NCBI GenBank assembly: GCA_951406725.2
Contig: OX597827.1
Location: 30,504,001 to 30,568,000, forward strand
Source: Octopus vulgaris
Lineage: Eukaryota
Length of the DNA: 64,000 nucleotides
Direction of reading: 5' to 3'
Below the pieces are notes generated by a model. That model was not told the origin of the DNA. It ran no database searches and saw only the letters and a list, made by a program, of their open reading frames with translations. The position numbers and the translations under genes were made by a program. Positions 25,900-39,300 of the stretch are shown here, in pieces. Position 1 is the first letter of the stretch, and each line of letters begins with the position of its first letter.

Positions 25900-26786
25900 C
25901 TGAAACACATTAAATAAATAAAAAATATAAAATTAAATTAAATCCAAAATTAAACTCAGTGAATTAGTTTCATTTTAAAACATGTTTAAGGGTGGTAGAT
26001 TTACAGAATTGTTTGATCATCAGACAAAATACTTTGTGGTATTTAGTTACACATCTTTACATTCTGATTTCAAATCCTGCCAAGGTCGACTTTGCTTCTT
26101 ATCCTTCTGAAGGTCAATAAACTAAGTACTAGTGAAGTACAAGGTTCAGTATAATCAATTATACCTGTGCTTCTCATAAGAGGGGACTTGTGAGGATTGG
26201 AAAGTGGGGCTCACAAAATGCTTTGGGTAATAAAATTAAGATGCTTCTTTATAGCTGTAATTCTGAAAAAGCAAGGGTCTAGTTTTTAACTATTGAAATA
26301 AACATAAACCTGTTATGATATGTGATTCCCCTTGACAAACATTCACTGAGAATGAGTAACTAAACATTAATAGGTGTTATTTCTGTATGTATTTTACTTT
26401 CAAATAACTTGCTTATATTGTAACTTCCAACTTTCTAAATATGTCTCATCCCACACCATGATGAAGAAAAAAGAGTTATACACATGCAAAACTCCATTCT
26501 TTTCTTCAGTTCTTTCATTAATAATAAGGAAACATGATTAAAAATAGTTAATAAAATAGTCACTTACTTTAGCATTCAGATAACTCAGTCAAATGTAATA
26601 CTTATTTATTCACATGAGATTTCATTGATGTGATTGTATATTTTTAGGATGACATTGTAGGGTAGGTGTGAAAGGCTAGATCTGGCCAGTTTAAACATAA
26701 AACAGGTAGAATATTTGGGCTGGATATGGCCAGTATAAATACTAAAGGTTTAATAAAAAGGAAACACAAACAGATATATTTACACC

Positions 26787-27058
26787 CAGTGGCAGACTGG
26801 GTCTAAAAATATTGGTTGCCAGGAGACTAAGGGGGCCCACCCGCAACTACAATGCTATCATTTAATTTTTTTCTTTTTGTTAAAAGTATTCTTTTCAACT
26901 GTCTACAAACACAGCCAGGCTGAAATAATTAATGCATTCTTCCAGGAGTGAATAAAAAATTATAAAACTTGAGGGGATAGGCCCCCATATAGGGACTCTA
27001 ATGGTGCAGGGATCCCCCTGCCATCAGGCAAGCTAGCAACCTGGCCAGTCTGCCACTG
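26787..27058. mobile_element. hAT-type MITE
   Basis: Perfect 14-bp TIR CAGTGGCAGACTGG; 8-bp TSD TTTACACC / CTTACACC. Confidence 0.85.
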
Positions 27059-27408
27059 CTTACACCCACATACATATATAAATGCACACACATATTCTTT
27101 CAGTTTCCATTCACATGGCTTTGGTTAGCTTAAGGCTATAGTCAAAGACACATACTGAAGAAGATAAACAGTAGGACTGAAACCAAAACCATATGATTGA
27201 GAGGCAAACTTCTTAACTACACAGCCATGCCTGCACCTGAGAAATAAACCTATTATGATATGTGGCTTGCCTTGACAAACATTCCCCTCAGAATTGATGG
27301 GCTTGTCAGAAACAAGCACCAGGTTTTGTTAAGGTGGACAGGTAGGTAGACAAAATGAGATATATTAGTATGCAGACTGATAAAATGAGGTAAAGAATAG
27401 TTCCTGAC

Positions 27409-27531
27409 CTTTATGCGATCCATTCGTTTGCAAAGAGTACCATTTGGCATTGGTGCACGACATTGCCATTGCACAGGTTCAAACGTACCAGTAAATGTGA
27501 ATGATCGATTTTTAATTAAAGCTATTTCTTG
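27409..27531 (-). CDS. UVSSA: UVSSA exon ([29 protein letters not shown]; zinc finger first half)
   Basis: F.G.FEPV...CRAP.P.G.LC.R.DR.K signature. Confidence 0.95.
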
Positions 27532-27590
27532 CTGCAGAGACAAGAAGAGAAACAGTATATATAGACATATATAATCATACACAGTATAAC

Positions 27591-27623
<33 letters not shown>

Positions 27624-27780
27624 TGAAAATGATGATGAGGGAAAAGAGAAGAGCAACGATGACTAACAATAATGTTTTCTAATTTCAATAATAATGATTA
27701 ATCACATCAATAATGATCACAAACATTAATTCTAACTTTGATAATGAGTTATTATTATTACTATCATTATTATTATTATT

Positions 27781-28283
27781 GAGTGAGAGAGCAGTGCATG
27801 CCATCAAAGTGACACTGGGGTAAAATATACAAAGCCCAGTATACCCATCATAAGGGTACACCAGGCACATGCATTACAACCATATGCGCACGATATGGTG
27901 ATCTCATATCAAGATAAACAGCACATGACGTTGCAGGTGGGGCCAAGTTAGAATTTTCTTCTGGTCGAGTAGCCCATCCCGCTCAAAGGATTAAGGATGT
28001 TTCCAAAGGTGAATTATCCAAACCTCTAAGAATTCCTTTCAACACACGGCTATGATGCTCCCCCACTACTTCTGCTCATGATCAGAGATGCACATATCGT
28101 CAGCCACTAAGGGACATGCTCAACTGGTTAAGGTCAAATAACTGACAAGCAAATCTGTAGTATTGAGCAGAATATTTGCTGTAGCCCATCTTTTATACCA
28201 AGACAAAACAATGTACATAATAACACTTCCAATCAGTTAAGATCAGAAGCCATGAGAGCCACTGTCTGGTACTGCATCAGGGC

Positions 28284-28284
<1 letters not shown>
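27781..28284. repeat. Unclassified element of about 500 bp bounded by (TTA)n tracts
   Basis: GC-richer block with sharp (TTA)n borders adjoining the Dong-like 3' end; no recognisable ORF. Confidence 0.45.
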
Positions 28285-28312
<28 letters not shown>

Positions 28313-28314
<2 letters not shown>

Positions 28315-31300
28315 TTTTTTTTTTCTTCTTTCAAATTTGCTTCCATTTCTTGCCGAGTGTCTTCCCGACTCCTAGGGCAAAGAAACTCATAGTATACATT
28401 GGTAGGCCATTAAACCAAACTCAGTAGTTCGTTCATTTTTTTTAAAAATTAAAATACATGAGCAGCAACAGTTCTCACATCGACAATGCTCTTCTCAATA
28501 CGTGTGATGTACCAGTTAAGACAATCTTTTGCACTTCTTGCAGGGATGGTAAGCCAGGGATCATTCTCATATAATTTTCGGTTCCCTTCTTGATCATTCC
28601 TAGTTCTCCTACGATCACTGGTATTGTAACCGCCTTGAGATGCCACATTTTCTCAATTTCAATGAGTAGGTCTTTATATTTTCTGAGCTTGTCAAACTCT
28701 TTCGCTGAGATATTATGATCACAGGGGATGCTCATGTCGATCAATAAGCAAACTTTATTGTTTTGGTCTTTCACAACAATATCTGGTTTATTGGCCTTGA
28801 TGGTTCGGTCTGTATGTACTGGAAAGTCCCACAGAATGGTTACATTTTCTCCTTCAGTTACAGCCTCAGGGTGGTGATTATACCACTTGTCGGCAGTTTT
28901 GATATTGTAATGCCGACTTATTAGCCAGTGGAGATATTGGCCAACTCTGTCATGTCTTAATTTATATTCCACTGGTGCTAAGACTTTACATCCAGAGATT
29001 AGGTGGTCCACTGTTTCAATCATGTTGTTGCAGAATCGGCATTTTGGGTCTGCTCCATTTTTCATCACATTGGCCTGGTAGTTCCGGGTTAATAGGCTTT
29101 GATCTTGAGCAGCCAGGATGAAACCTTCACTCTCTGCTTTTAGCCCTGAGCTCCGTAGCCACTGATGGGTTTGCTTCTGGTCAACATCAGCTTGTTTGCT
29201 GCGGGTCACATATTTGCCGTGCAGAGGTTTCCTCCCACCTATCAGCCAATTGCTCGTGCGCTTTCTTTATTGCCATCATTTTCACCTTCTTTGCAACAAT
29301 AGTTGCCGTACTTCCCTCGGGTTGTTCAGTTTGGGTATCCTGCACAAGATCAATAGCAAATATTTTGCTTTCCTTTATGATAGAATGAAGCTTCTTTCAT
29401 CTCTCGTGATTTTCCACGAGCTTTAGCATCCAGTCATTCGATATTTCGAGATATTTGACCAGTCCAATTGTGGTTGTTTTGTAAGCTAGTTCAAATTGGA
29501 TCAGGCCTCGACCTCCTTGGGCTCTGGGAAGGTAAAGGCGATCTACGTCTGCCTTTGGGTGGTGCATCCTATTACAACTCAGCAGCTTGCGTATTTTTCT
29601 ATCTATATTCTTTACTTCACTCATATTCCAGTTCAACACATTGTAGCTATAAGTAACAACTGGAACTGCTAAGGAATTTATAGCTAACACCTTGTTACGT
29701 GCATTTAGTTCAGATTTCAGGACTGCACGAACTCTCCTATAACATTCCTTCCTGATTTTCTCTTTCATGCTAGCATGCTGAATACCAGAGCCTTCATTTA
29801 TCCCTAAATATTTGTATGTTTGTTCTTGCTCAAGCTCACTTATGACTGTGTCAACATCTAACACGACTGAATTTGTGGTCTTCACTTTCCCTTTCTGGAA
29901 AGTGGCCTTGGCACACTTCTCAAGTCCAAACTCCATCCCGATGTCATCGCTGAATGCTTTCACGGTGCGCAATAGGCCTTCAAGTTCATTATTGTCTTAA
30001 CCATAAAGTTTTAAGTCATCCATATAAAATAGATGGCTTATTTTTTTATTGGCAATTTTATACCCATACCCTGTTCTGTTTAATTCACTTGTAAGGGGTA
30101 TTAGGGCTATGCAGAATATTAAAGGTGAAAGTGAGTCACCTTGAAAAATTCCACAGTTGATGTTTATATTTTCTGAGGCAAGTACTCCATTAGAGTGGTA
30201 TAATTGGAGATTCGTATTCCACAACGACATATTGTGCTTCAGGAAGTTTGAAATCACAGGGGAAATTTTGAAGATGTCCAGCGATCTCAAGATCCATGGA
30301 TGCGGTATACTGTCGAAGGCCTTTTTGTAGTCAATCCATGCGGTGCTGAGATTTCTGCGCTTGTTGTGACAGTTCTCAAGGATCATACGATTGATTAGCA
30401 GTTGATCTTTGCATCCATAAGAGCCTCGGCGGCACCCTTTTTGTTCAATGGGGAAAATATTGTTCTTCTCCATGAATGCATATGTTTTCTCCGCCAGGAT
30501 AGATGTTAGGATTTTATACGTGGTGGATAGACAGGTTATAGGCCGATAGTTTTTTGGAAGGTTGGTTTCATTATTCTTTGGGAGTAGGTAAGTAATGCCA
30601 CTTGCTAACCATTCAGGCGTTTTCTTTGGGTCTCTCATAATTCCATTGAGCAGCTGAACTAGCTTACCGTGTGCGCATGGGAGCGATGCGAGCCAGAAAT
30701 TCGGCCCCCTATCTTTACCGGGGGATTTCCAATTATGGGCCTTCGTGAGTGCCTTTCTTAGGTCTGCTATTGTGATGTCTTCCCATGCTTGTTGTTGTAA
30801 ATTTCGGTAGGATCCTTCAGTTTGTATAATCCAGTCTGCATTTATGTTGTACGTCTTCTTGTCACTCCAAATCCTTTTCCAAAAGTTTTGAACTTCTTCC
30901 ATGGGAGGGGGTTCTTTAACGGTTACTTTCTCCTTCCCTATTTCTCTGTAGAATTTTTTGGCATTGGATGTGAACAGCTTATTTTGCTTGTAAAACTTGT
31001 TTCTCTTCTCAAATCTTCGTATTCTTTGGGCTTTTGCTTGGACTTTTTGTTTCAGCGTTTCTTTTATTGATATCAGTTCTTCTCTTGGTGAGGATCCAAA
31101 TTTTCTCTTCATCTTTCTTCCTGTTCTGGATCTTACATCATTTCCACATATTAGTTCATTTAATATTGATATTTCCCCTCTCATAAATTCAATCTCTTTT
31201 TCAATTTTACTTCTCCAGGTTTGATTTCTTCCCAGGTTTTGTTTTCTTTGTTTTTCGGGGGCATACAGCTGGTTTCAATTGCCCTAGCAGAAGCGTAAAT

Positions 31301-32270
31301 AATTTCATTTAACTCAGTAAAATCAGGTTTTAATTCTCGTATTATTTCATTTGTTACATAGTTGCCAATTTGGATTTGTTTTTTATTTTGGTTTGTATTT
31401 GAGAGTTTATGAAGTGGTTCTCTATCATTCATACTTGTATGTCTTACAACTTCAAGCGTATTCAGGATTTTCTGCCTCATTTCTGCCATAGACTCTCTGT
31501 GTTCTTCAGCAAATGCGGGATCTTCAGTTACTGTTGTTTTTTCGTTTTCATGGCTATCTTTAACAGGTACAATAGAATTTCTTGTATCTTCAGGCCTTTG
31601 CATACTTTGGTCAGATGGCAGTCTTTCAATTAAGCCTCGTGGCGGGCTATACTGTTCATCTGATACTTCATTTCCTTTGTGTCTTATATTTATGTCATTT
31701 TCCGTTGCGTGCTTGATCGCGCTTATTTCACTGTCTGTGAGTCTGTTATTTCTAAGGATATCCCTCCTCACATTTGCTAATTTGTTCTCGTCCAAATAGG
31801 GCCTACTGTCTTGATTCCGTGTTCTCCATATACTGTAAGAGTTTGCGGTGTGTCTCTCTTCAGATGGCCTACCTAATGCATAGTAATAAGCGTATATTAC
31901 TTCTTTATACTCTTCTCGGGTCCATTTGTTCCGCTTACATTTTTCTTTCTGTGGTGGTTGTGGTGGTGAACTTGGAGGGCTCGAGTTGGGGGATTTCCCA
32001 TTCAAGTGACCATCCATGTCCGAATTCGGAGAAGAGTTTGTGCCAGTTGATGACTTTTCGATCCCAGGCTGGCTCTTCCCTGGGGGACGCGCTTCCAGAT
32101 TAACCATAGGACAAGCGATTTGGTATACTGATTTAGTTTTCCTTTTAGTTTCCAAAAACATTTTGGTGCTACGATAATGTTATCATTTTTTAGCTTTGAT
32201 TGGCTCGTGGGGAGACGGCCATCATTGCCGTTACAATTATAATCGTACCATTATAGCAGCCGTAGTCGGC
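28313..32270 (-). mobile_element. R4/Dong-like non-LTR retrotransposon with restriction-like endonuclease, near full-length, several frame lesions
   Basis: ORF pieces 31181..32161, 29997..31184 (GIFQGDSLSPL, YMDD), 29397..29972, 28475..29209 (CRFC...H...GC, RHD, KPDIV, K..KY); poly(A) at 28313-28324; (TAA)n on both flanks. Confidence 0.88.
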
Positions 32271-32328
32271 TTATTATTGTTATTATCATCACCATTACCA
32301 TCACTATCATCATTATCACCACCATTAT

Positions 32329-32386
<58 letters not shown>

Positions 32387-32394
32387 TTTATTTT

Positions 32395-32445
<51 letters not shown>
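32271..32445. repeat. (TTA)n followed by (TAA)n microsatellite
   Basis: Directly visible; orientation flips at about 32396. Confidence 0.95.
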
Positions 32446-32446
<1 letters not shown>

Positions 32447-33402
32447 TCATGAAAAATATCAGCTTTATTTTACTGGATATGATGGAAAGTGTCAGCTGTC
32501 CACAGCCAACAGACTAAGGTGACACTTGTTTTCTGATCATGCTTCAAGAACCCTGCAGAGTACTTTTACAGTTGTTCTATCTTTACATTCATTTCAATCT
32601 TTTGGAGCCATGTTGGCAGTTGGGTGCTGATACTTCCAAGTGCACTAACCACTATTGGTATCACATCTACTTTCTTCATTGCCCATAACCTGCATATTTC
32701 CCATATTCTTCAATTCATCACAGTTGTTTATTTTTTACTTCTTTCTACTGTAGGCACAAAGTGTTAAATTTGGGGTGAATAGGTGGTTGATGATTACATT
32801 GACCTCCAGTACTCAATCATTGCTACATGTACTTCCCCATATCAACATGGACTAGACGGGTCCCTTCCACTTGTTGCATTCCTTTGTCATCTCCTCTATG
32901 ACATTCAGTATCCTGGGATCAGCTTTCACAATTTCTACACAAGTCTTCTTTGATATTCCTCCACCACAGTTTCCTTCTACAGGCAAGTCCTGGCACTGTC
33001 TTAGTTAAATGTCACCATCCATAATGCTTTACATGTCCCTATCATTATAGACATCACACTTGCACACTACCTCTGATTCCTCTTATGCTCAGTTTTTTTT
33101 CTTCATCTCATCTCATCTGTGCCTTATCATTTAAAAACATTAATATTACACATCCAATGAATTATCTATACTTTGTTCCCTTCTCACTTTACACAGCCTT
33201 TGCATTAATAATGTTGATAATAATGATTTTCAAATTGAATTGTAATGATTGTTGATTTTAATAAAAATAATTTCTTACATTGATAATAACAATTTCTTAC
33301 ATTAGCAAACTTTAAAAGTATGTATTCATATACACCCTAAGATAGGTGCAACAACAATAATAACATGCAAAGAAGATAAAAAATAGGATAAAATATACAA
33401 AC

Positions 33403-33460
33403 TTGAGAGGATGAAGTTTCTGCTTGCTGTGGTACCCAAAACCGATGTAGAGAGTCATTC
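33403..33460 (-). CDS. UVSSA: UVSSA exon (NDSLHRFWVPQQAETSSSQ)
   Basis: DS.HRFW.P motif; phase 2 in / 0 out. Confidence 0.9.
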
Positions 33461-33629
33461 CTACAATAATAAAACCAGGGAAAATGTTTCAAATTAACAT
33501 CTTGTAGTTATATATACAAAGGCACTCACATGTGCGTGTGTGTGTGAGTGTATGTATCTGTGTATACAACCTTCATGCAAAACTGCATTAGATCATCATC
33601 ACATCTCCCACTGATCATTTGGTAGCTAT

Positions 33630-34173
33630 AAGAAGTCTGATCAAAAAGTATCAGAACTGTGGTTATGGTAAAGGAGCTAAAGCACGCAGAGTGAAGCCGC
33701 TTGGCATCTGTCACACATGCACATCAAGGTATAATACTCTCACTCACTTCTGTTGTTTATAGCAATGCCTGGAAGTAAAGTGTGTAGAGTGTGGTTGTCT
33801 GAAAAATAAGATCAGGCTTCAGCTTTACAGGATCTCCATGACTATATCGAGGAAGGTGAAAACATTTTGAAAATGATCATAATAGGCAATGGATTGTGGG
33901 TCTATGGCTATGACTCCAAAGCCAAGGCTCAGTCTTCACACTGGAAAACTCCAAGATTTCAAGACATAGAGGAACTCTAAAAGAATGCAACAAGGCAGCT
34001 GCTCACTATCTCAAAAAGAGAGTTCCAGGATTGCTTCCATCGGTGGAAACAACATTGGATAAAATGTGTGGCTTCAGAAGGGGTCCACTTTGAAGTAAAT
34101 TAAATGCCAAATCGATATGTGTTGTGGTTTACTTTTTTACCACCATAACCACTACTTTTTGATCAGAACTTGT
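33630..34173 (+). mobile_element. Internally deleted mariner
   Basis: TIR core TCTGATCAAAAAGTA / TACTTTTTGATCAGA; remnants WVYGYDSKAKAQSSHWK and FQDCFHRWKQHWIKCVASEG. Confidence 0.8.
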
Positions 34174-35258
34174 GTTGATGTAATGTATGATTGAGATGTA
34201 AACTCCATGAGCCACATAATTTATTACCTGTCCAGGAAGAAATTGAATTAACTGATACAGAGACCCATTATTCCTCCTTACACAAGTAGGCCTCCCCAGC
34301 TCTCAGTGCCTGTAGCAATAAAATGCAATACAGTATACTCTGTAACTTAGTTGGTGACAGAAAGGGCATCTAGACACAGAAACTATGCCAAAATTGGAAG
34401 AATGAGCAAGATGTGAACACAGCAAACCTCATCACAGGTTATCCATCTAGGAGGAATGCAACTACAAATAAGAACTGACAAGGAATAGAGAGGACTTGTA
34501 CATATAATTATTTCAAATTTTGGCTTAAGGTCAGTAATTTTAAATTATTTGACAGATTATTTTATAAACGTTGAAGGGATGGAAGACAAAGTTGACTTCG
34601 ACAGGACTTGAACTCAGAATGTCAAAAAAGTTGGAGAAGGTTTTCAATCTTTATCTTTTATCTTTTATTTGTTTTAGAATGCAGTCATACTGGAGCACCA
34701 CCTTGAAGAGGTTTTAGTTGAATGAGTCAACCCCAGTACTGTTTTTTTTTAAAGCCTGGTACTTATTCTATTGATCTCTGTTGCTGAACTGCTATAGGGA
34801 CATAAACATACCAATACCAGTTGTCAAGCAATGGTGGGGGACAAAGACACAAAGATACGCACATACACACATGCATGCATACAATACAATGGGCTTCTTT
34901 CAGTTTTTGTCAACTAAATCCTCTCACAAGACTTTAGTTGGCCTGAGGCTATAGCAGAAGACACCTACCAAAGGTGCCATGCATTGAGACTGAACCTGGA
35001 ACCATGTGGTTGGGAAACATACAGCCACACCTGTACCTAAAACATGAAATGTTTCACGAATTTGCATGTCATCCTTTCACAAGGGCCATGCTAATCTCTG
35101 TATCATTCCAATTTAAATACTGCCAAAGCAATATATATAAATTTTCGATACAAAAAGAAAGTTTATTCTATCAATGATGATTTGGAGAAAATAGGTATCA
35201 GAGAGAAGTTTGTAAAACAACAAACATTTCACATGAAATAGAAATGAAAACTACTTAC

Positions 35259-35438
35259 TTTACAGCAGCAGGAGCTTCTATTTTGTCAGGATTTTCCCAG
35301 AATGCTAAGTCTGGACCAAAAGGGATAAATGGTGCTTGCTGGAGCAGACGTTCCTTTCTCTCGTTCAATTGCTTTTCAGCATTGGATTGGGATGGCATGA
35401 TACTCACAGAGCTTCCAGTGTCTGAACTAGTTGATGGC
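35259..35438 (-). CDS. UVSSA: UVSSA exon (ERKERLLQQAPFIPFGPDLAFWENP)
   Basis: AP..P.G.DL..W motif; phase 2-2; GTAAGT donor. Confidence 0.9.
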
Positions 35439-35481
35439 CTAAAAAATTAATTTTATATGCATGTGAATGAATGAATGCATA

Positions 35482-36087
35482 TGTAAGCAATATGTGAATA
35501 TCTCCGCTTGCACTTTGGGGGTGCAAGTTGGTGCAATCACTTTCCGTTGCTTTTATATCCAGACTCTACCAGTCAAAGAAACACAAAACGCAGACGTAAA
35601 AAATAGATATACTTTATTGTTTTATACCGGTGAGAAATCAGTGGTATATCTGATGTCCTTGGTTCTGGGCGCGCAAGGCTGAAAGTTAATCGATTGTAAT
35701 ATTTACAATGTTCAGCCGCCAAAAACAGAACGGGTCAAAAATGGCATCCGGGTGAAGAAGATGATTTGACTGCAACAATTCAGGTTAAAAGTCTTCGGCC
35801 AAAAGACTGCTGCTATCAAAACCGGAGAGAGAGCGAATTAAACGTCTGCTTCGATGAAAAGGCTGCCGCTGTCTGTCTGACGCTAATGGTCAACGCTTTA
35901 CGCTCCCTTGCCTCTTTGTTAAGGCTCACGCTCCCTTGCTAAGGCCACGTCAGCAAGGCCACATCAGCTAAGGCCACGTCAGCAAGGCCACGTCAGCTAA
36001 GGCCACGTCAGCAAAATTCCCTCTTTCGGACTTCATGTATTCGCGAGAGGGCGTTGCACGGGCGCGCTGTTGTATAGGGTGACTACA
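35482..36087 (-). repeat. 3' LTR (606 bp)
   Basis: Near-identical to the 5' LTR plus 29 extra bp (5 copies of the unit). Confidence 0.95.
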
Positions 36088-36300
36088 AAGCTCCCCTCCA
36101 GTGCCTAAGCACGAACAACAATTCCTTGTAGTGACCATAAAACTCAAGGTGGACACCAGATAACCAAAAATAGCACACAATATAATACATTAAACAGCAA
36201 AAAAAAAAAAATTCACCTTAAAGGTAAAAAGAGAAAAAATACTCAAAATGAGCAAAGTTCAATGAGTACTGAACTGTCACTGGGAAGTCAATTGAAAATG

Positions 36301-39300
36301 TCAAATACAAATAGTTTTGGAAAGTTTTTTCGGCCAGTGAACAGTTCTGCCTGACCTCGTAACATAAGGTCTGTTCGAGGCAGGCTGCGACGACGAAGGT
36401 GGTGTTGTCGATGTTGGTGTTGATAATGGTGGATGTGTAAATAGTGGTGTGGTCAAAGGTTCTTGTGAAGGTTCAACGATGGTTGTGGCAGTGGGGTCAT
36501 TAAAAGATGTGGACACCTCAAAATATGCCCTTTTAAGACGATCTACGGAGACGGTCTCCGAACGACTGTTAATTTCAAGTTTGAATACCTTCGGCGTGCG
36601 AGAAATCACACGAAAAGGTCCTTTATAAGGAGAAACAAGAGGTCCTTTGACAGAATCATCACGAATAAAAACATGCGTCCAAGAATTAAGGTCTGATGGC
36701 ACACTAGAAGGAGGATTTTGGTGTCGAGGGTCCATAGGAGGAAGGGCAGAAAAATATCTGCGTAATCGAGCAACATAAGACTCTAAATTAAGAGACTGTG
36801 ACTTGTCTGGCACCAACATCGTACCAGGCAATGCCAGTGTGGTACCATACAAGAGCTCGGCAGATGAAAAACCAAGGTCTGCTTTAATCGCAGTCTGACA
36901 TCCAAGCAGGACGATCGGTAGAAATTCAGTCCATGTCTGTGGATTCGGCGAGGCACGCAAAGCGGCCTTAAGTTGCCTATGGAAACGCTCCACCATCCCA
37001 TTAGAAGCGGGGTGGTAACTTGTGATGCGTATATGATGCATCCCCAGGATTCGTGATAACTCACGAAACAATGCAGACTCGAATTGTCGACCACGATCTG
37101 TGGTTAAACTGTACGGTACACCATACCTCGAAATCCAATTAGATACGAAAGCCCTCGCAACAGTTTCAGCTGAAATGTCTGCTATAGGAATAGCTTCCGG
37201 CCAGCGTGAAAAACGATCAATACAAGTTAGAATGTATGAGAACCCGTGACTCACAGGCCATGGTCCAACCAAATCAAGGTGGATATGGCAAAAACGGGCT
37301 TCAGGAGAGGAAAATTGTCCAAGTGGAGCACGAACGTGTCTATGGACTTTAGCACTCTGGCACCTCAAACAAGAGCGTGCCCAAGAGGTAATTGATCGTC
37401 GCATATTGGGCCAGAAGAACCGAGCAGTAACAAGCTTTACTGTGGCAGAGATACCTGGATGTGACAGTGAATGAAGAGCATCAAACACGGAACGTTGATG
37501 TTTCTCAGGTACTAATGGTCTAGGTGAACCGGTAGAAACGTCACAAAGAATAGAGCCTTCCGCTGTAGGGAGCGGAAGGTAGTCAAACTTACAGTTAATA
37601 AACTTAGGCGAAGTTAAATCCAACTCCTCTAAAGGTGGTTGATCCTGCGAAATAGCAGTTAAATCAATTGCTGCAGGAGAGGAAATGGAATTGACAGGGA
37701 GTCTAGAGAGAGCATCTGCAGGGACGTTCTCACTGCCTGGCACATGCCTAATGTCACTTGTAAATTGAGAAATATAGTCCAGGTGACGGAAAGCACGAGG
37801 AGAGAGTTTATCCGTTTTAGAAGATAAAGTAAAAGTAAGGGGCTTGTGATCAGTATAAATCACAAACTCTCGTCCCTCGAGCTGGTGTTGAAAATGCCGA
37901 ACTGACAGATAGATCGCTAGTAACTCTCGATCAAAGGTACTATATCTGCGTTCAGCTGGCTTTAGCTGACAAGAAAAGAAAGCTAAAGGTTTAACTTCAC
38001 CCTCTACGGTGTGCTGCAAAACAGCACCAATTGCAGACTCTGATGCGTCCACAGATAAAGTAAGTGGAGCATTAGGAGCCGGATGTGCCAAAATAGGGAC
38101 TGAAGCTAGTTCCTTTTTAACCAACTCAAAGGCAGACAGTGCTTCAGCCGAAAGAGTCAGACAGGCGTCCTTCTTGGAATTGCCCTTTAGCATTTGTGTT
38201 AAAGGTAACAACTTGTCCGCACACCGATCTATGAAACGTCTATAGAAATTTACTATGCCTAAAAAATGGCGAAGTTGACGCAAAGAAGAAGGTGGTGCGA
38301 TGCACTGAATAGCATCGACTTTGGATGTGAGTGGTTTGATTCCTCTCGAGTCAATATAATGACCGAGAAAATTAAGAGATGGTTGCCCAAAAACACACTT
38401 GTCTGGATTAATGCGAACACCATAGTCGCGAAGACGCTGAAAAAGCTGAGACAAGTGCAGGAGATGATTTTCATGCGTATCACTTGCGATTAGAATGTCA
38501 TCGACATACGCGAACACAAAATCCAGTCCGCGAACAACTTCATCTATAAACCGTTGGAAAGTACTAGTGGCATTCCTCAAACCAAAACTCATAAATAAAA
38601 ATTCGAAACAGCCAAAAGGAGTAGTAATTGCTGTTTTAGGAATATCGTCTGAGTTGACCGGTATTTGATGGTAGGCACGTATCAGGTCAACCTTAGAAAA
38701 AATAGTACAGCCATGTAAATTTGCCGAAAAATCGTTTAAAATCCTTATGGGATATTTGTCTGGAATCGTCACCGAATTTAGACGCCGATAATCTCCCACC
38801 GGGCGAAAATCTGTATCCCCTTTTCTTACTAAATGAAGGGAGATGCCCATGGACTGGTGGAGGGGCGTATCAGACCGAGCTGGAGCATGTGCTCAAACTC
38901 AGCCCTAGCAGTTTTAAGTCGATCAGGTGCAAGACGCCTTGGACGTGAAAAAACAGGAGGTCCAGTTGTTGTTATAAAGTGTCGTGTCGAATGCAATGGC
39001 TTAGCCACCCTAAAGGTAACATCATATAGCTCTGGAAAAGAAGCTAAAAGAGAGTGAAAAACATCTCCAGATGTACCGACAAAAAATGTCGGGCTAAGAG
39101 CTAAATTGGTAGATTCTCCGGTCGGCGTGGAGAGTGTAGTCGAACTATCGACCAACCTCCGACGTCTGACATCTACCAACAAATCAAATTTATCCAGAAA
39201 ATCCGCACCTAAAATAGGATGCGGAATGTCGGCAATGACAAAAACCCATCGAAAGTCTCGTCGAAGACCAATATCAAGGCACAACGACATCTGACCGAAT

